Source: Oscillospiraceae bacterium (GTDB lineage: Bacteria > Bacillota > Clostridia > Oscillospirales > Ruminococcaceae). From it: a stretch of 48,073 nt of DNA. The DNA lies in NCBI GenBank assembly GCA_016303235.1, contig JAEDMB010000001.1, forward strand, positions 1 to 48,073, written 5' to 3'. Below the pieces are notes generated by a model. That model was not told where the DNA came from, ran no database searches, and saw nothing but the letters and a program-made list of their open reading frames with translations. Every line of letters begins with the position of its first letter. Position 1 is the stretch's first letter. Positions 40,956 through 48,073 of this stretch are shown here, piece after piece. The position numbers and the translations under genes are program-made.

Positions 40956-42407
40956 ATGGATTGGGAAATTGTTATGGGTCTGGAAGTTCACGTTGAACTT
41001 GCTACAAAAACCAAAATATTCTGTTCTTGCAGTACTGAATTCGGAGGAGCTCCTAATACACATTGCTGTCCGGTTTGTACAGGTATGCCCGGAACTCTCC
41101 CTATACTCAACAAGCAGGTGCTTGAATATGCCGTGAGAGCCGGTCTTGCACTTAACTGCGACATTACAAGATACAATAAATTTGACCGTAAAAATTACTT
41201 CTATCCCGACCTTCCTAAGGCTTATCAGATTTCACAGCTTTATCTTCCGTTTGCACAGAACGGTCACGTTGATTTGAAAACAAAATCCGGAAAAGATGTC
41301 ACAATCCGTATTCATGAAATCCACATGGAAGAAGATGCCGGAAAGCTTGTTCACTCAATGTTCGGTGATGCAACATATCCCGATTATAACCGTTGCGGAG
41401 TTCCGCTTATTGAAATCGTATCTGAACCGGATTTCCGTGAAACAGAGGAAGTTATTGCATATCTTGCGAAATTAAAGAGTACTTTTGAATATCTCGGAAT
41501 TTCCGACTGCAAAATGGAACAGGGTTCAATGCGTGCCGATGTAAACCTTTCAGTACGTCCGAAAGGTAGCAAGGAATTTGGTACTCGTACCGAAATGAAA
41601 AATATCAACTCTTTCAAGTCAATCGAACGTGCTATTGCATTTGAATCAAAGAGACAGATTGCACTTCTTGAAAGCGGTGAAAGAGTAATTCAGGAAACAA
41701 GACGCTGGGACGAAAACAAGGGTAAAACTTTTGCAATGCGTTCAAAGGAAAATGCACAGGATTACAGATACTTCCCCGAACCTGATATTCCTCCCGTAAG
41801 CATTTCGGAAGAAGAAATTCAGCACTATATTGACATCTGTCCCGAATTTGCCGATGCAAAGGCAAATCGTTATATATCTGATTTCGGACTTTCCGAAGAA
41901 GATGCAGGAATTATTGCAGGTTCAAAGTATTTCGCACAGCTCTTTGAAAAAACTGTTGAGCTTTGCGGTGACCCGTCAGAAGTCCGCTACTGGTTTATGA
42001 CACAGATTCTCTACTTTATGAATGAAAGAAACGTTCAGCCCGAAGATATAAAGCTTGCTCCCGAAAAGTTTGCACAGTTTGTAAATATCGTCAAGGCTGG
42101 CAGAATTAATAAACAGGTCGGAAAAACTGTATTTGAAAATATGTTCTTTGGCGATGAAAATTTCGATATCGAAAAATTCATCAAGGATAACGAACTTGAA
42201 CAGGTTGACGATACAGAGCTTATCGAAAAAACTGTTCAGAATATAATTTCTGCAAATCCGAAGGCTGTTGAACAGTATAAGAGCGGTCAGACAAAGATTA
42301 CCGGATTCTTTATCGGTCAGGTTATGAAACAGCTTAAGGGCAAGGCAAATCCGGCATCAGTCGGAAAGGCTGTAAACAATGCCCTTGAAAATTTAAAGGA
42401 GGATTAA
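40956..42407 (+). CDS. gatB: Amidotransferase subunit B
   Basis: GLEVHVEL, FDRKNYFYPDLPKAYQISQ, HMEEDAGK, DYRYFPEPD. Confidence 0.97.
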   Translation: MDWEIVMGLEVHVELATKTKIFCSCSTEFGGAPNTHCCPVCTGMPGTLPILNKQVLEYAVRAGLALNCDITRYNKFDRKNYFYPDLPKAYQISQLYLPFAQNGHVDLKTKSGKDVTIRIHEIHMEEDAGKLVHSMFGDATYPDYNRCGVPLIEIVSEPDFRETEEVIAYLAKLKSTFEYLGISDCKMEQGSMRADVNLSVRPKGSKEFGTRTEMKNINSFKSIERAIAFESKRQIALLESGERVIQETRRWDENKGKTFAMRSKENAQDYRYFPEPDIPPVSISEEEIQHYIDICPEFADAKANRYISDFGLSEEDAGIIAGSKYFAQLFEKTVELCGDPSEVRYWFMTQILYFMNERNVQPEDIKLAPEKFAQFVNIVKAGRINKQVGKTVFENMFFGDENFDIEKFIKDNELEQVDDTELIEKTVQNIISANPKAVEQYKSGQTKITGFFIGQVMKQLKGKANPASVGKAVNNALENLKED

Positions 42408-42413
42408 TTTACA

Positions 42414-43796
42414 ATGGATTTTCTCGATTACGAAAGAAAAACTGATACCACTGATATAGCATATGTTATTGACGGCTTTCAGAAAGGTACTATCAAGGAC
42501 GGCGACAAGGTAACTCTCAAGGGTACTATTCACCGTATAAAAGAAATGAGCGGTTTTGCGTTCGTAAATATCCGTACTTCAAGAATGGTATTCCAGTGCG
42601 TATGGGAGGACGGCAAAAGCAATATTGATTCCGAAAAGTTCAAGGATTTCAGCTGTGAGGAATGTGTAATCATTGACGGTACAATTATCGCAGAGGAAAG
42701 AAGCAGACTCGGTTTTGATGTCCGCATTGATGATATGAAACGCATTTCAGGACGTGCAGCGGTTCTTCCTGTTGAAGTAAGCAATGACCGCAAAATTGAC
42801 AAGCTTAACCTCAATACACTTCTTGACAACAGAGTAATTGCACTCAGAAATCCTAAGATACGTGCGATAATGCGTGTATGTGACGGCGTTATGTATTCAT
42901 TCAGAGAATTTCTCCGTCAGGAAGGATTCACTGAATTTGTTCCGCCGAAAATGGTTGAATCAGGTGCAGAGGGCGGAGCTGATATGTTTGAAGTTGACTA
43001 TTTCGGCAGAAAAGCATACCTCAATCAGAGTCCGCAGATGTACAAGCAGATTATGGTCGGAGTTTTCCAGAAAGCCTATACAGTAGGCCCTGTATTCCGT
43101 GCGGAAAAATTCAGTACAAACAGACACATCAACGAATTTCAGGGTCTTGACCTCGAAATGGGATTTATCGATTCCTTTGAGGATTTAATGGACTTGGAAG
43201 CAAGAATGTTTGTATTTATGTTCAGAACTCTTAACGAACAGTATTCCGCTGAACTTGAAATGTTCCTCGGACGTGGAAACAAGCTCCCCGAACTTACAAA
43301 GTTCCCTAAAATCAGATTTATGGACGCTAAAAAACTTTTTGCAGAGGCTCACCCCGGTGAAGTAGGAATCAAGGCTCTTAATGAACCCGATTTCGCTCCC
43401 GAAGAAGAAAAGTGGCTCGGAGAATACTTCCTCAAAGAGCATAACTGCCCTATCGTTTTCGTTACACATTATCCGTCTATCAAGAGACCTTTCTATGCTA
43501 TGGACGACCCCGAAGACAAGAACTTCACACTCAGCTATGATATGCTTCTCAATGGTCTTGAGGTAACAACAGGCGGACAGCGTATCCACGATTACGAAAT
43601 GCAGGTTGCAAAAATGAAATCCCGTGGAATGAACGTTGACGATTTCGAGGACTATCTCACTATGCACAAATACGGTATGCCACCGCACGGCGGAATGGGA
43701 CTCGGTCTGGAACGTATCGTTCAGAATCTTCTCGGACTTGACAACATCAAGAAAGCTACGGCATTCCCAAGAGACAGAGACAGACTTCGCCCATAA
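42414..43796 (+). CDS. aspS: Archaeal/eukaryal-type aspartyl-tRNA synthetase (AspRS2, probably non-discriminating)
   Basis: 460 aa with no bacterial GAD insertion; QSPQMYKQ, FRAE..TNRH, GGQRIHD, PPHGGMGLGLER, FPRD; in the gatCAB operon. Confidence 0.93.
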   Translation: MDFLDYERKTDTTDIAYVIDGFQKGTIKDGDKVTLKGTIHRIKEMSGFAFVNIRTSRMVFQCVWEDGKSNIDSEKFKDFSCEECVIIDGTIIAEERSRLGFDVRIDDMKRISGRAAVLPVEVSNDRKIDKLNLNTLLDNRVIALRNPKIRAIMRVCDGVMYSFREFLRQEGFTEFVPPKMVESGAEGGADMFEVDYFGRKAYLNQSPQMYKQIMVGVFQKAYTVGPVFRAEKFSTNRHINEFQGLDLEMGFIDSFEDLMDLEARMFVFMFRTLNEQYSAELEMFLGRGNKLPELTKFPKIRFMDAKKLFAEAHPGEVGIKALNEPDFAPEEEKWLGEYFLKEHNCPIVFVTHYPSIKRPFYAMDDPEDKNFTLSYDMLLNGLEVTTGGQRIHDYEMQVAKMKSRGMNVDDFEDYLTMHKYGMPPHGGMGLGLERIVQNLLGLDNIKKATAFPRDRDRLRP

Positions 43797-43800
43797 GATT

Positions 43801-43841
43801 AAAAAAAGGCGGTTTGCGGAAATTTTCCGCAAACCGTTTTT
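43801..43841. terminator. Bidirectional terminator between aspS and the LRR gene
   Basis: A7, then CGGTTTGCGGAAA / TTTCCGCAAACCG, then T5. Confidence 0.88.
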
Positions 43842-43857
43842 AAAATTCAGGATTTTT

Positions 43858-46404
43858 TTACACCGGCAGAGAGGTTATAATATTTGCAAGATACTGCTGA
43901 ATTGCAAGTGCGTCATTTGCATTAAGACCGTTTCCCTTGTCGTGAACATCAGCGTTAATAATGCACTGTTCCGAAAGGCTGTTTATTTCGGGATTTGCAA
44001 CATATGCGGAAATTGCTACAACATCGGCAACATCAATATTTCCGTCAAGATTTGCGTCACCCGTAATTTCTTCTGAAACTCCGTCAAGCGGTACAAATTC
44101 ACGTTCAAAGAGTTCCGCATATTTTTTCGCAAAGGAATCGTTATATCCGTAAATAACTGCACTCGGAGCTATTGTCTCGGGATTGGGATATATAAGCGTT
44201 TCGGGATTCATAAAAGTAATTTTATTAAGCTTTTCGCAGTAAACGAATGATGCATAATCAATATATACAACGTTTTCAGGAATTGTAATTTCCTCAAGTT
44301 CTGTGCAGTAAGCAAATGCACCAATATCAATTGCAAGCAGACTTTCCGGAAGATTTACATTTTTAAGAGCTATGCAGAATTCAAAAGCCTCATCATTTAT
44401 AAAGCACAGACTTTCCGGAAGTTCAAGTGATTCAAGCTCCGTACAGCCTGCAAGTGCAAATTCTGCAAGACCTCTTGTTCCCTCACGCAGAACAGCTGAT
44501 TTTAAATTGTAATCCGAACCGACTGACCAGTTATCAACGTATTTTATACCGTCAATATTTTCAATTGCATTTTCGCAGTATTCAAAGGCATATGCACCGA
44601 TATGCACAACGCTTTCTGGAACTGACGGTGTTTCAAGTGCGATACAGCCTAAAAATGCACTGTCATCGATTGCAATAAGATTTGCGGGAAGTGTAATATT
44701 TTCAAGAAGACGGCAGTCCTTAAATGCGGAGTCGCCTATATATTCCACTGTATCGGGCAGAATAATGTCAGTAATCTGCCTGTCCTTGTATGCTCCGTCA
44801 GCGATACCTCTTGCATTTAAATTGACATTCTGTGACGGGAAAAAATCATCTCCGCATACAATCCAGTCATCAACCATATCAATATTGCTGTTGTTTTCCG
44901 TGTAGTATGTTTTGTACATACCCGAATTTGCAAAAGCGTTTGCACCGATTTTCGTTACACTGTCGGGAATATCAAGCTTATAGTTATCTCCGAGTCCCTT
45001 ACAGCTCTGAAATGCACCTTCCCCGATTTCGTTTAAATTTTCGGGAAGAATTATTTCTGTCAGACCTTTGCACAGTGAAAATGCATAGTCACCGATATAT
45101 TCAACGGAATCCGGAATATTTACTGATTTCAGATTTTCATTTTCATAGAAAGCGTAATCTGATATTTCCGTAACGGTTTCGGGAATATTAAAAGTTTCAT
45201 CGGTTTTTCCCGCTGGATAGCATACAAGCTGTGTCATATCCTTGCTGTATAAAATACCGTCTGAAGAACAGAAATATTTACTGTCTGCCGATACATTCAG
45301 ACTGCTTACATCATAATAAGCACTATTGAAAGCCTTGTTTCCGATATATCTGACAGTTGACGGAATATTTATTTCTCCTCCATATGAAAGTATAAAAGCA
45401 CTGCCTGCAATTCCGACAGTTCCCTCACGGACTGTAATGCTTTTTGTGTCTTTATCTCCGCTGTATCCTGTTACCCAGTTGTCAACATATTTTACACCGT
45501 CTGCAACTTCGGGAGTTATATTCTGAGGAAGTGCATTATATCCGAGATAACGGAGATTTTCCGGAATCTTAATCTGTGTAATTCCTGTATCGTGTAATGC
45601 ACTGTCACCTATTACGGAAAGTGATTCGGGAAGTTCAATTTCCTTTAATGCACGGCAGTAATCAAAAGCCTCTTTTCCGATATATGAAAGACTTTCGGGA
45701 AGAAATACCGCTTTAAGACACTGACATCTTGCAAATGCGGATTCCTCTATTCTTGTAACACCATAGGGAATTATTACATACTGGAGCATATTGCAGGATG
45801 AAAAAGCTTCTTTTTCTATAACGCTTATACTGTCCGGAATTGAAACTTCAAGCAGTTCCCAACAGCCTGTAAAAGCGTATTCTCTTATTGAGGTAACAGT
45901 TTCGGGAATTTCAAGCTGTTCAAAGCCACACTGTCTGAATGTATACTTGTTAATTACGGTTACTTTCGGAGGAATTTCGATAGCTTTCAGACTGTCACAG
46001 CAGTCAAATCCTGCCTCTCCGATGTATTCAAGAGACTGTGGGAGCTGTATGGAAGTCATAAAGCGACAGCCTGCAAATCCACAGTATTCGATTCTTTTTA
46101 TTCCCTCTGAAATTACTACGGTATGTAGCTGACTTTTCCATTCAAAAGCCCTTTCACCGATTGTTGTAACGGGTATTCCGTCGATTTCGGAAGGTATTAC
46201 AATATCCGTTAAAGTGTCGTCACAGTCGGTAATAGTAATTTCTCCGTTGTTTATTTCATAATAAAGACCGCTTTCGGTTACAAGTGAGGTATCATCTTCA
46301 GCCATAACTGAATTTATAATATTTCCGGTCTGAAATGGTACGGCACATAATGAAAATGTTACGGCAGTAACAAGCGTACATGCTTTTTTAAATAAAGATT
46401 TCAA
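43858..46404 (-). CDS. Secreted BspA-type (TpLRR) leucine-rich repeat protein with C-terminal dockerin
   Basis: Signal peptide; many CxxLxxIxLPxSLxxIGxxAF repeats; dockerin GDANLDGNIDVAD...ADVHDKGNGLNANDAL; TTG start with AAAGGAG RBS. Confidence 0.92.
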   Translation of the reverse strand: MKSLFKKACTLVTAVTFSLCAVPFQTGNIINSVMAEDDTSLVTESGLYYEINNGEITITDCDDTLTDIVIPSEIDGIPVTTIGERAFEWKSQLHTVVISEGIKRIEYCGFAGCRFMTSIQLPQSLEYIGEAGFDCCDSLKAIEIPPKVTVINKYTFRQCGFEQLEIPETVTSIREYAFTGCWELLEVSIPDSISVIEKEAFSSCNMLQYVIIPYGVTRIEESAFARCQCLKAVFLPESLSYIGKEAFDYCRALKEIELPESLSVIGDSALHDTGITQIKIPENLRYLGYNALPQNITPEVADGVKYVDNWVTGYSGDKDTKSITVREGTVGIAGSAFILSYGGEINIPSTVRYIGNKAFNSAYYDVSSLNVSADSKYFCSSDGILYSKDMTQLVCYPAGKTDETFNIPETVTEISDYAFYENENLKSVNIPDSVEYIGDYAFSLCKGLTEIILPENLNEIGEGAFQSCKGLGDNYKLDIPDSVTKIGANAFANSGMYKTYYTENNSNIDMVDDWIVCGDDFFPSQNVNLNARGIADGAYKDRQITDIILPDTVEYIGDSAFKDCRLLENITLPANLIAIDDSAFLGCIALETPSVPESVVHIGAYAFEYCENAIENIDGIKYVDNWSVGSDYNLKSAVLREGTRGLAEFALAGCTELESLELPESLCFINDEAFEFCIALKNVNLPESLLAIDIGAFAYCTELEEITIPENVVYIDYASFVYCEKLNKITFMNPETLIYPNPETIAPSAVIYGYNDSFAKKYAELFEREFVPLDGVSEEITGDANLDGNIDVADVVAISAYVANPEINSLSEQCIINADVHDKGNGLNANDALAIQQYLANIITSLPV

Positions 46405-46438
46405 AGAATATCGCTCCTTTTGTTTATATGATACTGAA

Positions 46439-46467
46439 ATTATATCACTGTATATAAAATTTGTAAA
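46439..46467 (-). promoter_or_regulatory. sigmaA promoter of the LRR-dockerin gene
   Basis: Minus-strand TTTACA (46467-46462), 17 nt, TGn-TATAAT (46444-46439). Confidence 0.65.
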
Positions 46468-46540
46468 TACTTTGCGTATAAATTCGGAGCTTTTAACAAA
46501 CAGTATTAAAATAAGTCATTAAAAACCGTCATAAAAACGT

Positions 46541-46566
46541 TGAACCAAAACGGTGTTTTTTGTGTT
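46541..46566 (+). promoter_or_regulatory. Candidate ECF-type (autoregulatory) promoter
   Basis: TGAACC (46541-46546), 16 nt, TGTT; resembles the TGAA(A/C)C-N16-CGT ECF consensus. Confidence 0.4.
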
Positions 46567-46607
46567 GCAATAGCAGAATATAAAATTCTGAAAGGATTTT
46601 TTTAAAT

Positions 46608-47951
46608 ATGAATTATATAATTTCACAGGCTAAAAAGGGAAACCGTAAGGCTATGGACAAGCTTTATAAATCAACGGTGAATGAGCTTTTATATTACTGC
46701 GTTCAGCTCTGCGGGAATCAGCACGATGCGGAAGATTTGGTGCAGGATACATATCTTACGGCTTTTCAGAAGATTGAACAGTATAAGTATGACAAAAATT
46801 TCAAAGGGTGGTTGCATACAATAGCACTGCACAAGTTTTACAATAAAATCAGAGACGAAAAGCCACAGCTTTTTACTGATGAAAATACAGATATAATTCC
46901 GGAAGATGAACTCTTAGGTCCTGAAAATATTTCCGAAAAAAATGAAGTGAACAGAATACTTTCAAAAGCGATTTCCGAAAAGCTTTCCGAACCTCAGAGA
47001 CTTACCGTTATTATGTATTATTACGATGATATGGAAATATCGGATATTGCGGAAAAGCTTGACTGTCCGCAGGGTACAGTTAAAACACGCCTTTATCACA
47101 GCAGAAAAATTCTCCGTGAGGAGCTTGTTAAGAACGGAATCAGACTCGGCGGAACTGCCGTTATTATTTCGGCTGTTCTGAAATCGCATACTTTTGCGGT
47201 ATCGGCAGTATCTTCGGCGACAGCAATCGGAAAAACAACATCATTAATATCAAAAAAGATAATTGCCGGAAGTATTGCGGTTGCGGTTGCAACGGGCGGA
47301 GCTGTCGGAATTTACAAGGCAGTTTCAGAATCATCGTCAATAGTTTCCTCCGGCACTTCCGTTGAATATATTTTCGATGCAAATACTATGTATGTTTCTA
47401 TACCGGAAAATTATATTCCGGAAAAATATTTCCGTAGCGGTAACGATGAACTCGGATATTCGCTTGTTAAAACTGAATTTATGGGGAATGAACCTGAAAA
47501 CAGAATGTTTGTCGGATTTCATGTGAAAGAAATTCTGAAATTCAAGCCCGATGATTCAAGCGGTGATGAAATAGTTTTCCGTGAACAGCTTGAAGAACCC
47601 GAAAAAATTGACCTTAAGGAATTTATTTCAGAGCTTTATGACAATGTAACTGTAAAAAAATCAGAAGAAATTAAAATCAGCGTTGACAATACAAATTCCC
47701 CGAAATCTCCCGAAGAAAAAACTGCTTTAAAAGCAAGTTTCAAGGCACACGGAGAAAACGGAAAAATAAACGGTACAGCTATAATATTCAAAGGAAATTT
47801 AACTCATACGCATATTATATTATTCTGCGACTGTTCCGGAAAGCGTCAGAAAGAGTATGAGGAAATTATTAAAAGCATTTCGCTTAGCTATGTTGATAAC
47901 AGCTGGCGTGACAGATATGATATTCCGGAAGAATTTAAAATAAAGGATTAA
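46608..47951 (+). CDS. ECF sigma factor fused to a transmembrane helix and an extracytoplasmic domain
   Basis: sigma2 DAEDLVQDTY, FKGWLHTIA; sigma4 EISDIAEKLDCPQGTVKTRLYHSR; Ala/Ser/Thr linker, TM IIAGSIAVAVATGGAVGIY, then about 200-aa soluble domain. Confidence 0.88.
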   Translation: MNYIISQAKKGNRKAMDKLYKSTVNELLYYCVQLCGNQHDAEDLVQDTYLTAFQKIEQYKYDKNFKGWLHTIALHKFYNKIRDEKPQLFTDENTDIIPEDELLGPENISEKNEVNRILSKAISEKLSEPQRLTVIMYYYDDMEISDIAEKLDCPQGTVKTRLYHSRKILREELVKNGIRLGGTAVIISAVLKSHTFAVSAVSSATAIGKTTSLISKKIIAGSIAVAVATGGAVGIYKAVSESSSIVSSGTSVEYIFDANTMYVSIPENYIPEKYFRSGNDELGYSLVKTEFMGNEPENRMFVGFHVKEILKFKPDDSSGDEIVFREQLEEPEKIDLKEFISELYDNVTVKKSEEIKISVDNTNSPKSPEEKTALKASFKAHGENGKINGTAIIFKGNLTHTHIILFCDCSGKRQKEYEEIIKSISLSYVDNSWRDRYDIPEEFKIKD

Positions 47952-47957
47952 TCAGCT

Positions 47958-48073
47958 ATGGAAGAAAAAAATTATCGTGAATATATCGAAACAGAGCCGG
48001 AAATATCAGATATAAGCTTTGACGGCGGAAAAAGCTTTTCACAAAAAAAATACTGGAAAGCTCCGTCAAAGCC
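47958..48073 (+). CDS. Possible 5' end of a downstream gene, truncated by the window edge
   Basis: ATG 6 nt after the sigma gene stop, AAAGGA upstream, open to the end of the window (MEEKNYREYIETEPEIS...). Confidence 0.45.
   Translation, partial: MEEKNYREYIETEPEISDISFDGGKSFSQKKYWKAPSK

Noticed and set aside
43185..43832. 215-aa antisense ORF over aspS
   Set aside because: Antisense open frame expected from codon bias in a highly expressed gene; no recognisable motifs.
43858..46404. Regular repeats in the LRR gene as a CRISPR array or diversity-generating cassette
   Set aside because: The repeats are degenerate protein-level TpLRR units; I saw no identical DNA repeats, cas genes or reverse transcriptase.

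Overview
Chromosomal, AT-rich segment of a cellulosome-producing, spore-forming Ruminococcus-like Firmicute. The evidence is three R. flavefaciens-style dockerin proteins, spoIIP, a T-box and sigmaA promoters. I found no prophage, IS element, integrase or CRISPR array. Gene order: rluB; a biotin carboxyltransferase trio; metA; DUF4190/DUF2752 membrane genes; polysaccharide deacetylase and spoIIP; tRNA-Arg(CCG); ptsI; a NADAR protein; pstSCAB-phoU-phoPR; a Cu/Zn-SOD; a five-gene operon (circularly permuted ATP-grasp, alpha-E, transglutaminase, two M14 peptidase-like proteins); a DUF4353-dockerin protein; a Na+-type F1Fo atp operon; a metallophosphoesterase; a Spo0A-like paralog; a PBP-GGDEF-like-AraC regulator divergent from a GH30-CBM22-dockerin xylanase; T-box-gatCAB-aspS; a BspA-LRR-dockerin protein; and a membrane-anchored ECF sigma factor. 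The best candidate for an undescribed system is the ATP-grasp/alpha-E/transglutaminase operon. It carries one active and one catalytically dead M14 peptidase instead of the usual Anbu/NTN peptidase. It also sits behind a consensus sigmaA promoter and a terminator overlapped by an ANTAR-type hairpin, which suggests a nitrogen-gated peptide ligation/removal system. All calls come from motif recognition by eye; no searches were run.
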